A stretch of 64,000 bases of DNA from Macrostomum hystrix (taxonomy: Eukaryota; Animalia; Platyhelminthes), in the NCBI GenBank assembly GCA_950097015.1, contig CATNEN010000027.1, positions 682,001-746,000 on the forward strand, in the 5' to 3' direction. Shown here one piece after another: positions 47,058-59,317 of the stretch (position 1 is the first letter of the stretch; each line of letters begins with the position of its first letter). Below the pieces are notes generated by a model. The model ran no database searches, was not told the DNA's origin, and saw nothing but the letters and a program-made list of their open reading frames with translations. The translations under genes were made by a program, and so were the position numbers.

Positions 47058-50000
47058 CTATACAGTGGCATTCCTGTTGGCCCAATCCGGGAATTCGCTT
47101 AGACCAAAAAGTGACGGCGCGTAGGACAGAGTGGCTGCAGCGACCAGGGCGTTTGACACCAGCCAGGTGATGCTGCCCGTGCGCAGCTGAAGTGAAGGAG
47201 ATTTTGGTAATTACTATTGATAATTGTACACATTTTGGGTGCACGTGATGGTATGTGTGGTTGTTACGTCAATCCGCTGGACCCGTGCAGATTTCGCAAG
47301 CTCACCATATCCCAGGGACGCAGGTAGCACCCCTGAGTACACCAGAATGTTAGCTAAGCCTCACCATATCCCAGGGACGCAGGTAGCCCCCTGAGTACAC
47401 CAGAATGATAGCTAAGCCTCACCATATCCCAGGGACGCAGGTAGCACCCCTGAGTACACCAGAATGTTAGCTAAGCCTCACCATATCCCAGGGACGCAGG
47501 TAGCCCCCTGAGTACACCAGAATGTTAGCTAAGCCTCACCATATCCCAGGGACGCAGGTAGCCCCTTGAGTACACCAGAATGTTAGCTAAGCCTCACCAT
47601 ATCCCAGGGACGCAGGTAGCCCCCTGAGTACACCAGAATGTTAGCTAAGCCTCACCATATCCCAGGGACGCAGGTAGCCCCCTGAGTACACCAGAATGAT
47701 AGCTAAGCCTCACCATATCCCAGGGACGCAGGTAGCCCCCTGAGTACACCAGAATGTTAGCTAAGCCTCACCATATCCCAGGGACGCAGGTAGCCCCTTG
47801 AGTACACCAGAATGTTAGCTAAGCCTCACCATATCCCAGGGACGCAGGTAGCCCCCTGAGTACACCAGAATGTTAGCTAAGCCTCACCATATCCCAGGGA
47901 CGCAGGTAGCCCCCTGAGTACACCAGAATGATAGCTAAGCCTCACCATATCCCAGGGACGCAGGTAGCACCCCTGAGTACACCAGAATGTTAGCTAAGCC
48001 TCACCATATCCCAGGGACGCAGGTAGCCCCCTGAGTACACCAGAATGTTAGCTAAGCCTCACCATATCCCAGGGACGCAGGTAGCCCCTTGAGTACACCA
48101 GAATGTTAGCTAAGCCTCACCATATCCCAGGGACGCAGGTAGCCCCCTGAGTACACCAGAATGTTAGCTAAGCCTCACCATATCCCAGGGACGCAGGTAG
48201 CACCCCTGAGTACACCAGAATGATAGCTAAGCCTCACCATATCCCAGGGACGCAGGTAGCCCCCTGAGTACACCAGAATGTTAGCTAAGCCTCACCATAT
48301 CCCAGGGACGCAGGTAGCCCCCTGAGTACACCAGAATGTTAGCTAAGCCTCACCATATCCCAGGGACGCAGGTAGCCCCCTGAGTACACCAGAATGTTAG
48401 CTAAGCCTCACCATATCCCAGGGACGCAGGTAGCCCCTTGAGTACACCAGAATGATAGCTAAGCCTCACCATATCCCAGGGACGCAGGTAGCACCCCTGA
48501 GTACACCAGAATGATAGCTAAGCCTCACCATATCCCAGGGACGCAGGTAGCACCCCTGAGTACACCAGAATGTTAGCTAAGCCTCACCATATCCCAGGGA
48601 CGCAGGTAGCCCCTTGAGTACACCAGAATGATAGCTAAGCCTCACCATATCCCAGGGACGCAGGTAGCACCCCTGAGTACACCAGAATGTTAGCTAAGCC
48701 TCACCATATCCCAGGGACGCAGGTAGCACCCCTGAGTACACCAGAATGTTAGCTAAGCCTCACCATATCCCAGGGACGCAGGTAGCCCCTTGAGTACACC
48801 AGAATGATAGCTAAGCGTCACCATATCCCAGGGACGCAGGTAGCACCCCTGAGTACACCAGAATGTTAGCTAAGCCTCACCATATCCCAGGGACGCAGGT
48901 AGCACCCCTGAGTACACCAGAATGTTAGCTAAGCCTCACCATATCCCAGGGACGCAGGTAGCACCCCTGAGTACACCAGAATGTTAGCTAAGCCTCACCA
49001 TATCCCAGGGACGCAGGTAGCCCCTTGAGTACACCAGAATGATAGCTAAGCCTCACCATATCCCAGGGACGCAGGTAGCCCCTTGAGTACACCAGAATGT
49101 TAGCTGGCGTGGAGATGGGCAGGATGAAAGCGAACGAACACGAGGCCGTGCAGGCCAACATGAAGTGGAACGGATGCAAGTGCAGTTTCTCGCTCTGAAA
49201 AGTAAAACCATGGTGTCAAAGGTGATTACTGGTGTTCAGTAGTATGTTATTGCTCAAGTTGAGCTAATATTAAACTTACCAGACTGGATAAGATAGGCAG
49301 CAGGATGGTGGCAGCGGTACCGTTGGAGGTCCACTCGGTTAGGAGGGCGGAGCACCAGCAGATGATGAAGATCAGAGCTGGGGCCGGCATGACATTCAGC
49401 GCCACCATTTGGCTGCCAATCCAGTCAGATAAGCCGGAGACCTGCCGGGGCCGGGGATTTGAAAGAATCAATGACTCAACGGATTTGAGCATGCTTTGGG
49501 TTCCTATCGCAAATATGTTGAGACTCACCCTGGCCAAATCGGCAAGCGCGAACCCGGCACCCAGCATGAGAACAATCTGCCAAGCCACTCGCTTCTGCAC
49601 CAGATCCCAGCTCAGCAGCCGCGTCGGCCGTCCGCGCAGACGATCCACCGAGTCACTGTCGATGCCATCAGAGCTGCCGACAGTGTCAACATCGACTACT
49701 GTGTCATCGACCTTGAACTCGATCTCGGGCTGCTGTCTGCCGTTCTCCAGGACAGCAGCAGATGCCGACGCAGCCGCTACCACAACGGCGGGGGCAGTTT
49801 TCCTCGCCGAGGCGATGGCTTTAAACGGGGCGGCAAACGGATTCGTTGAGGGCAGCAGGAAGAGCAGCAGCACGGCTAGCACTGCGGGCTGCGTGTCGCT
49901 CATCAGACTGATCGGCTTGGCGCCTTCGGAGGCACCGTTAGGTTGCTTCATGAACAAGGCCGACCAGCCCGGAGCTCCCGGCTGGCGCGAGATCCACAGG

Positions 50001-52195
50001 GCCACGGTGAGGCAGAACACGGCCAGCACGCTGCCTTCTGCGTAGCTGAGTGAGCCCAGCTGCTTGTACTGCTGCTGCAGGGACGATCGACTCCTGCGAG
50101 CCTCCGTGTCGGACACTGCGCGGCCAGCTGCAGCCATGCCACTGCAGTTTGTGGGAATCGGTGTAGCGACAATTAAAACTGCGATCGAATATGGCTACGC
50201 TTTGTTTTATTTTCCATAAAAATGTATTTACTATATTAGCCCGTAAAAAATGGCTGCGTTGCGAATGCTTAGACGAGTCGAGAATGCTCAAAAATTTTCT
50301 TTTCTTTTCTAGCATTCGCCTGACCAAGTCCGCTCAATAGTAAACAACTGACTCATGGCCGAAAGAACAGCTATTTGGATAGTGAGAGAGGAAGACAGAA
50401 TTCAACAGATTGGAAGGAAAAAGGCAAACTATAAGCAAAGTAGATAGACGGTGCCACAGTCGAAATCTTGTCATAGTCGAAATTGTTTAGTTTAAATTAA
50501 TTAATCCGGGCCATAGATCCGCCAGTAAGCGAAGTTGTAGCCCAGTGGGTATACATTCAAACACTTAGACAGGATGCCAGGTTCTAGTCTTGGCCCTACT
50601 GCAATATTTTTCACCATAAACTCGGCTATCTTCAGGACCAACTGGGCTAAGCGGAATTTCTATCTGCCGGCAATCTTTTATTGTAAGAGGAAGGTGAGAA
50701 TGCTTTGCTGAATCTAGCCATGACTCACCGGAAGCCCAGGAAGCTGATCTGGAGCCAGAGCCAGGCCAGGAGCAGGCCGAGAGCGCCCAGCGGCAGGGCA
50801 AATAACATCCAGCTATAGTAGTTCAGTCCCGTCCCGGATCCGTAGTACTCCTGCACAATGCCGTTAAGAATAACGTTTGGCGCTGTGCCTGTCAAAGTGA
50901 CAACGCCGCCGAAGACGGAGCCGTATGAGATGCCGAGGAGGAGCATGCGGCATGTGCTGGCGAAGTGTGCATTCTCCTTCTGCGCCAGATAGTCTTTTAG
51001 CGGCGTCTGATTTGCTGTCTCGGATTCGTCTCCATCGTCTCCATCGTCTCCATCGTCATCGGCGGCTGCAGTGGAAGTCCTGCTATCGTTGTCGTCGGTG
51101 TTTTCATTTGTTTGATTATGTGGTGGCAGTGGTGGGATCGAAATCTCTACAGCCGGGGCAGACAAATCGCCTGCCGAGTTCTCCATGGCGTCCTCGGCGG
51201 CAGAGACGGCGGTGGACACAACGCTTGGCGCTGCCTCCGTCGCTCTGAGTGCCTCGTGTCGCTTCTGACGGGCGTGCTGCTGCTGAAGCTGAACTAGCAT
51301 GGCCTCCACAATGGGTAGCATCATGGCCACGGTGGCTGTGTTAGATATCCACATGGAAAGCAGCCACGCCGGCGTCAGTAGGCCCAGGAGGAGCCTAGGA
51401 TATGAGGAAATGCCATTTCTCTGATTATGAGTCTGTGATTAAAAAGGTACTGAGCAACAACTAGCCCAATTCGTGCGCTGACGTGCGCCAAGTCCTGTCA
51501 CTAACCCCACTGTAGCCCGGTAACTGCTTATTAAAACGCCATAAAATGTCGTTAATCCGAAAAACACGACAGGCAATAAATCCATCGCCTCTCACCATCT
51601 GGGCTGGACGCCACACAGGATAAGAATTTTAAGTGCGATCCTCTTGTGCAGATTCCAGGCTTCGATGGACACCGCCATTATAAGGCCGCCGAGAAATAGC
51701 ATATTGGAGTCCTGTGCAGTAGATCGATTGGTGTCACTTTAAAACTCGATTTTAATTGCTCAGTCAACCGAAACGAACTTGTGGATTTCTAAGAAATGAG
51801 ATGCGATCGAATTACCTTGAAATAGCTGGGACAGATTTCGCGGCTAGGCATAATGCCCAGTAGCGGAGCCAGTATCACTGGCAGCAAGGCCGTGGCGCCA
51901 AGCGGTGCAACTTCAAAGTTCCAGTAGAACGACATGATGATAATGATGAAAGCAGCCTTGGACACCTGGGAAATCCGAGTGTGATATTTAACTTTTCTTT
52001 AACATTCGAGTTAGAAGATTATTGTAACAAATCGCGACGTACCGACGTGTTAACAACCAGAACGAGTGGCAATAGAGACAGAGGCACAGCGACCAGCACA
52101 ACAATGGCCCGATGCTTGAGCAGTAGTTTGAAAATCTTCACTAGAATGCCAGCAACGGAAGCCAGGCGTGCGACAGTTGAGTCCATCGCAATCAT
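47058..52195 (-). CDS. SLC13 Na+/dicarboxylate-citrate-sulfate cotransporter (NaDC/NaCT/Indy family); exons 52195-52043, 51965-51816, 51711-51596, 51394-50729, 50141-49529, 49441-49280, 49194-49057, 47186-47058
   Basis: [46 protein letters not shown] (SNT motif 1), [27 protein letters not shown] (motif 2), [21 protein letters not shown]; GT-AG junctions with consistent phases. Confidence 0.95.
47299..49105 (-). repeat. 58/59-bp tandem repeat, about 31 copies, made of the end of SLC13 exon 7 plus its GTGAG donor
   Basis: - strand unit GCTAACATTCTGGTGTACTCAAGGGGCTACCTGCGTCCCTGGGATATG|GTGAGGCTTA. Confidence 0.95.
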
Positions 52196-53104
52196 GAGCT
52201 TCGATTTTTATGGCTTGGTAAATTTTTGTTCACAGAATTTAATTTTTTACTCGGTTGAGAATTTTTTTGCCGTATTTATAGACAATTTGCAGAAGCTTTT
52301 CTGGCTTGCTCAGTGTTTTGCACATATTTCACATTGACCCATTCACATGGTGCACTGTGTGTGTGCGTGTGAAATCTGTAGCTCAAACAAATGCGCAGCA
52401 GCCGCATTACCTGCGCGGGGTTAAAATCAGGACTAAATGAGGACAATGGCTTCGTCATGAACTAGGAAACCCGAGTCACATTACACGTGAGGAATATAAT
52501 GTCCCGCTTTAGTTTTTTAATTTTCCAAGAATGGCCTACTTATTTTGTAACTTTCGTTATTAACAACTGTTAGGCGAAACAGTTCTACTTTCAAAACAGA
52601 GCAGAACAGGAAGGCTTTCTGTCTCCAAAAGAATTTAGTTATGTAAAATGTAATACAATTATTTCTATTAAAACATTACTAAATTGAACCCCTTCGAATG
52701 GAACTAAATTTGCAGCACAATGTCCCGCAGTGTGCGACCATCAACTCCTGTACAACAATCAGAAACTAATTTTTCCTATTTAAAGGCTTTTCTAAACTTT
52801 AATCTACTGTTTCTTCATGTTTCTCATGAAGAAAATCAATAATGTTACCAATGATTTACAAAAAAATTGGAATCCCAGTGTCTCGCGCGTCCGTATCAAA
52901 TGACGTTAAATTGTTGAGACATTGCTTGATGCTTCACAGCAGCGCTGAATTCATTGGGATAATTGGGACTCATTAGGATCTTCTCAGGTGTCTAATTTCG
53001 AGGTCATATTTTCTTCCGTGTACTTTGAATTCAGATTCGGTAAAAAAGTGACAGAACTCATCCGACAAAACATTACATTACGTTACGGCAATTGTAAAGA
53101 ATGA

Positions 53105-53545
53105 GGTGTTAGGAATTACATTATCGGGTTAGGAATTACATTATTGGGTTAGGAATGACCTTACTGGGTTAGGAATTACATTATTGGGTTAGGAATTACA
53201 TTATTGGGTTAGGAATGACCTTACTGGGTTAGGAATTACATTATTGGGTTAGGAATGACCTTATTGAGTTAGAAAGGACATTAATAGATTACGAATGACA
53301 TTATTGGATTAGGAATGACATTAATAGATTACGAATGACATGACTAGATTACGAATAACAATATTTGGTTACGAATGACATGACTACATGACTAGATTAC
53401 GAATGACAATATTGGGTTACGAATGACATGACTAGATTACGAATTACATGATTAGGCTAGGAATGACATGACTAGTTTTCTAATTACATGATTGGCTTAG
53501 GAATGACATGACTAGATTACGAATGACATCATTGGACTGTGAACG
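53105..53545. repeat. 20-bp degenerate minisatellite (GTTAGGAATTACATTATTGG)
   Basis: Tandem units visible. Confidence 0.85.
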
Positions 53546-54336
53546 ACGCAATTAGATTTAAGACTGGGAAGAAAGGAAATGGAGGAAATGGGTGAGTTAT
53601 TTACTTATGAACTGACTTAGCTTTCATAAAATTCGTTACAATTTTTGTTACATTACGTTATTAGGTGCAGCATCTGTGAAATCAACTCTAGAGACAACAG
53701 GAACAATGCCCTGGAAAACTCAAATTCTGAGTGCAGATGACTCACTGGCATTGCGCATTTCAGTTAGGAATTTCAGGTGACCCTATGTGAAACAGGCAAC
53801 AGGCTGCTGCCCAGGGCGAATGTTTGTGTGAAACTTGCTGAAAAAATTAGAAGACTGTCATGAAGGCCATACCTGTGGGACCGTCTGCAACTTCTCAAGC
53901 AACTTTCACTCCTCCGACATAGGTGAAAAGTTAAGTCAGCAACTATGTGTCAATTATTTAAAAACCAAGTCTCTCGGTTGTCAAGTTATTCCCTCAGTTG
54001 AAAAATTATCCCCACAAATGGCAAATCATTCCCTCAGTAAAAATATTATCCCCAAAAATGGCAAATCATTCCCTCAGTTGACAAACTATTCCCCTCATTT
54101 CACGAATTATCAACAAGTTAATCCTTACATTCCCTCCAGTTAACAATTAATCTAGTCACTGCAAGCTTTCAGCGCAGACAATACAAGAATCGGCCTAAGT
54201 CTGAGTGTCTCAACGTGAATCTATTTCAGGCAGGAACATGAGTGAGTATGCAAGGTAAAAAAATAACGATCTATTATTCTGTTTGCAGGATTAGGAATCC
54301 TAGGCATGGCATGATTCAACTGAGCGCACAGCGAAC

Positions 54337-54900
54337 TCAGAAGGCAGAGGAGAAGAAGGAGGAGGGGGCGGCGCCGGAAGGGTTGCCTCGGCCAGCGTCG
54401 CCAGTCTCCGAGTTGCCGAAGCCCCTCCCGGCCTGTCGCTGAGGTGCGCCAGACCGCCCGTGCTGATGCCGCTGCTGCTGCTGCTGCTGCTGCTGTCCTG
54501 TCTGCTGACGCTGAGAATCCCGACGCTGCTGCTGTTGTTGTTGCTGGTCGTTGCGCCGATTGAAACCCCGCATTGCCAGCGAGATTCCTCCGGCTTTGCC
54601 ACCGGTGCCGAACGGACCCGACGATCCGGCGGCGGCCGCAATGGCAGCCGAGCCGTTGTTGGCGCCGCCTCCACTGATTCCGCCGCCGCCGCTGCCTCCG
54701 CCGGCCCGACCCTGACGCCGGCGGATCCGGTAGCGGGCGAAGGAGCCGATGAGGAAGGCGACGAACGCCACCCCGATGGCCACGTGCGCCAGCCACAGCG
54801 GGGGCGTCAAGGCGGTTTGGGTTGTGACGACAGCCGAAGGATCGACGCTGGACGCTGGCATTGAGGTGGCTTCGGAAGTCTCGGCGGCTGCCGGGTGCAT
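54337..54900 (-). CDS. Orphan single-pass membrane protein, about 187 aa (S/T-rich N-terminus, TM, Gly/Gln-rich tail)
   Basis: GC-rich ORF; hydrophobic LWLAHVAIGVAFVAFLIGSFA followed by basic RYRIRRR (positive-inside); AG acceptor about 20 nt upstream of the ATG. Confidence 0.65.
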   Translation of the reverse strand: MHPAAAETSEATSMPASSVDPSAVVTTQTALTPPLWLAHVAIGVAFVAFLIGSFARYRIRRRQGRAGGGSGGGGISGGGANNGSAAIAAAAGSSGPFGTGGKAGGISLAMRGFNRRNDQQQQQQQRRDSQRQQTGQQQQQQQQRHQHGRSGAPQRQAGRGFGNSETGDAGRGNPSGAAPSSFFSSAF

Positions 54901-55774
54901 CGAGGACAGCCGCTTGATGACTTTCAATGAAATCAGAAGCGGATGATTAGGAAGGCCAGTCTAGTGTCATCAGGACTAATTAGCTGACTGGGGATTTTAA
55001 CCCATTTCTATTCTAGGGGATATCTAACCATTTGGTAGTGAGCCTTGGACCGCTGACAAGTAGCTTTGAGCTGGTTTCATAGGTAGCCACCCGGTAGCCA
55101 CCCGGCCAATCATAGAAGTCCCTTGGGAGATTCAAACTGAAATCCCCAAGCCAGGCTTTCAGCCACCAACCCCCGGTGCTCAAGTGGGACTCATTGACTT
55201 AGCATCGAAATGGTCCAAAATCCCTCACAGCATGTTGCCTCTTAATAATATTCGAATATGCTCACATTAGGTGAGCAGCCTGCAGTTATCCCCTGCTGAT
55301 CCGGTGGCTTAATCCGCAAAGCCAGCACTCTCTTTGCCACTTGCCAGGTTGGTCGTCTAACAAAAAAACTAGAAACCTGCGAGGATGAAATTCATGGAAA
55401 GTCCATTTCAAAAGCGTGCCATTTCTCCTCCCCCTAACCTACCAGTAAAACGGATTTCACACGGAAGCAAAGTAGCCATGAATAAAACAAGGCGTGACTC
55501 TCAACTCATCTACTCTGCTGGTGTGTTGATTGATTGGCCTTTTAGTGCGAGAAGCGAGATGCACAGTTAGAAAAGTGCAATACTTAATTTGTAGCCCATT
55601 ATACAGGCTTAAAATTGCATTGGGAGTCAAGGCTAAAATAAAGTCAATTGTTAATTTGATACTATTTAACTCCGATCACCACGAACACATTTGGAAGCTT
55701 TGTGTAGTACAGCGGTGGGTAATTCATACTAGTCAATCCAAAAGATGACAGCGGGCCGCATTGAACGTGGAGAG

Positions 55775-56430
55775 ATGAGACACGAAAGAGATTTGACACA
55801 GGAGAGATGAGACACGGGAGAGATAAGACACAAGAGAGATGAGACAGAAGAGATGAGACAGAGGAGAGATGAGGCAGAGGAGAGATGAGACACAAGAGAG
55901 ATGAGACAGAAGAGATGAGATAGAGGAGAGAGATGAGATAGAGGAGAGAGATGAGATAGAGGAGAGAGATGAGACAGGAGAGATGGGACAGGAGAGATGA
56001 GACAGAGGAGAGATGAGACACGAAAGAGATTTGACACAGGAGAGATGAGACACGGGAGAGATTAGACACTTAAGAGATAAGACACTTGAATGATGAGACA
56101 CGGGAGAGATAAGACACAAGAGAGATGAGACAGAAGAGATGAGATAGAGGAGAGAGATGAGACAGGAGAGATGAGACAGAGGAGAGATGAGGCAGAGGAG
56201 AGATGAGGCAGAGGAGAGATGAGGCAGAGGAGAGATGAGGCAGAGGAGAGATGAGGCAGAGGAGAGATGAGACACAAGAGAGATGAGACACAAGAGAGAT
56301 GAGACAGAGGAGAGATGAGACACAAGAGAGATGAGACACAAGAGAGATGAGACAGAGGAGAGATGAGACACAAGAGAGATGAGACACAAGAGAGATGAGG
56401 CAGAGGAGAGATAAGAAAGAGAAGAGATGA
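55775..56430. repeat. Purine-rich compound repeat (GAGAGATGAGACA-type)
   Basis: Direct observation. Confidence 0.9.
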
Positions 56431-57223
56431 GACAGGATAGCCTAGTTGTTGGAAGGGGCCAGGGTCGGATTCTGTATAATCTCGGGCCGCATCTGGAAAA
56501 GTACAATTTGGGAATTGCCCCCCTCAATACTACTTCAGACAGGCAATCAGTAGTGTTGTATGATAAAAGCTCCTATTTTTAGTCTACCTACGAGTAGTTG
56601 CTGAAGCTAAAGTAAATGTTTAACAGAGGATTTCTATCTACTTCGTGGACCTACTATAAAATCGAGAAGGTCGGGGCGGAAAGCGAGAATCGGGAGCCGG
56701 GGGTGGGGTGGGTGAGCCGCTTGCCCCGCGCCTCCGGGGCACAGTCGGGCCCTGTCGCACTACTAATTGAACGGAAGCGAGCGCAACTTTGAAGTCCCTG
56801 CTTCTGCGTGTCTGTTCCGAGTTCTCTCCTTTACTTTTCATCTCGTCCATCTATCTAAACTTTCCAGTTTTGCATTCTAGTAATCCAAGTAATCCCAGAG
56901 CTGTAAAAGTAAGCACAAGAGTGTCAAGCTTTGCTGCGGGCCCCTTCCACTCGCGCTGTTCTGAGAATAGCTGGGATTATTTCTTATCACATTCCGTGAG
57001 CTTGCCAGACAGTCTATGAAATTCTGATGCTAAATTCTGATTAAGTCTTTGCTGTTAAGAAAATCCTCAACCTCATGGTTCTTGGATTACTAAATTAGAG
57101 TGAGATGCTCATGCATTTTTACAAGCGTACCTCCGTCAGCGACCTGATCTCACCATTATTGTGTGGGACAATTTGGTCGCTTTATTGTGTACAGGCTGTT
57201 GCTGTTGCTGCTGTTGCTGCCGC

Positions 57224-57483
57224 CTAAATGCCTCGCATCTCTTCTGCGTCAACCCGTCTCTTTTTCTTTCTCTCTATCGAGTCTGTTTGCGAACAGAAAT
57301 TGCAGTTTCCAACAATGTGCTCACATGACTTGTACTCGCTTGAGTTCACTGCTCTGGATGGGGGGGGTAGTTTTTCTTCACTCTTCTCTCGCACTGCCTC
57401 TGCCTCTCCATCTTTACTGAGCCTCTGCTGCTGCTGCTGCTGGTACGCCTCGTTGGCTTGAATTAAGATACTATCAAGGCAGA
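57224..57483 (-). CDS. Putative terminal coding exon of an unidentified - strand gene
   Basis: Acceptor CTCCTGTCAG at 57484; ATG-less frame CLDSILIQANEAYQQQQQQRLSKD..SCEHIVGNCNFCSQ..RKKKRRVDAEEMRGI*; AATAAA on - at 57186-57181. Confidence 0.45.
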
Positions 57484-57590
57484 CTGACAGGAGTCTGCAT
57501 TATTTAGGAAAGTCGGAGACCAGCAAAGTTCCGCAAACTTTCTATTCCAGTAAAATTGTCAATCTGTCCGGGAAGATTAGAGTCTAAAGA

Positions 57591-59257
57591 ATGGCAGGGC
57601 GAATGTCTTTGCAAGAAATCAACCAGCCGGACGCGGCCATTGTGCAGCAATTGTTTGGCGACGAGTTTGACAGCAGTCAGCAGTTGCTGCTGGATCGCCT
57701 GAAACGGCTCAGGGAGCGCCGGCCGAACGGCCTGCCCAACCTGCGGGTCTGTCAGGTGGTGGGCAGCAAGGTCTGTCTGCGCTGCTGCGATCCGTTCGGC
57801 TTGGACGCCGAAGGAGCCGACGAGCTCATGTCACTCGGTGTGCGATCCATCATCGATCTGAGATCCGATCACGAACGCGTGGAGTCGCCGGACGCACCGC
57901 TGTACAGGTGGACAGAATTCAAGTATTGGCCACAATACTTGTTCGTAGTTTCATTGCTTAACCAAAGGGATCGGAATTTACCAGCAAAATCTAATCTAAT
58001 CTAAAAACTCACTCGCAGTCACCTGTGCGTCCTGCGCTGGCAGCCGGAGCCCAACACTTCCATCCTGCCCGCGTGCGACGGCTTCCTCCTGGAGACTCCG
58101 CTGACAGACGTCGACAACGACAAATTCACCGCCGTCGTCTACCGCGTCGACTGCCTCCGCTCACCGCAGTCGCAGCTGCGACGGTTCCTGGCCGACTATG
58201 CCGGACCCTGCCGACTGTGCGTGCCCGATGTCAGCGCCTACCTCCTGCCTGCCAGCGCAGGCCGAACCACCCTGCGTCTGCTGCTCGATGTGCTGGACTG
58301 CTTCCCTGACGCCCTGGCAGCTGCCATGCGGGTGCTGGCCCGCCGTGACGCCTATCCGGCCCTGCTGGTCAGCCGCGACGGTCAGCAGGTCGCCGCAGTG
58401 GTCGCGTGCCTCATGCAGCTGCTCCTCGGCGAGGATCCGAGCATCTTGGCTGACATGCACGCCGCCTCCGAGGTGAGCAGGGCTCTACTTAAACTGGCTG
58501 TTGCTACCCAACCTATTCCCACTGGTTGTCCACCTGCATCGCTGGTGTGTTGTTTGTGACCCCTCACTGGTGTGTTGGTTGTCAACCTCCCTCACTGGTG
58601 TGTTGGTTGTCAACCTCCCTCACTGGTGTGTTGGTTGTCAAACTCCCTCACTGGTGTGTTGGTTGTCAACCTCCCTCACTGGTGTGTTGGTTGTCAACTT
58701 CCCTCACTGGTGTGTTGGTTGTCAACCTCCCTCACTGGTGTGTTGGTTGTCAAACTCCCTCACTGGTGTGTTGGTTGTCAACCTCCCTCACTGGTGTGTT
58801 GGTTGTCAACCTCCCTCACTGGTGTGTTGGTTGTCAACCTCCCTCACTGGTGTGTTGGTTGTCAACCTCCCTCACTGGTGTGTTGGTTGTCAACCTCCCT
58901 CACTGGTTTGTAAATCTTCAGCGAAAACTCTCATTGTACAAAAATTTTTGCCCCCAATGGCGTAAATCGCTTTGATGATGTAAGAACCTTGATGCTCTTG
59001 GCCACTAAACACAACTTGGAAGATCCAAGAAAAAAAGAAAGAAAACTCCAAAATCCCCACCGTTTCCCGTTCAGACGGAGTTCGTCAGAGCTCAAGGTGA
59101 GTACTCGGAAGCGGACCACGCCGCCAGGATGAAAGAGTCCCGCTCAATCATGCTGCAGCTTGTTGATTACATCCGCGACACCTACCGCAGTGCTGAGAAC
59201 TACCTGCTCAGAGCCGGGCTCACTCAACAAGAGATTCGACAACTCAAAACTGTCTGA
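57591..59257 (+). CDS. PtpB/Y_phosphatase3-like tyrosine phosphatase fold, probably catalytically inactive; exons 57591-57907, 58019-58472, 59075-59257
   Basis: LGVRSIIDLRSDHER motif; YPALLVSRDGQQV in the P-loop position; C-terminal LVDYIRDTYRSAENYLLRAGLTQQEIRQLK typical of the family; GT-AG junctions in phase. Confidence 0.8.
58530..58910. repeat. 28-bp minisatellite (CCTCCCTCACTGGTGTGTTGGTTGTCAA) in phosphatase intron 2
   Basis: Period 28 (58563 to 58591). Confidence 0.92.
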
Positions 59258-59317
59258 AGACACGCATTCCAGGATGCAGCTTCGGTGTACAAATTACAGC
59301 GACCAAAGCAGGCTTGT

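Noticed and set aside
47299-49105. CRISPR-like appearance of regular arrays (also 59318-61561)
   Set aside because: No unique spacers, no cas genes, eukaryotic context.
54955-55010. Hammerhead ribozyme (CTGATGA on the - strand; also near 38655)
   Set aside because: No stem II closing onto GAAA and no stem I/III partner found.
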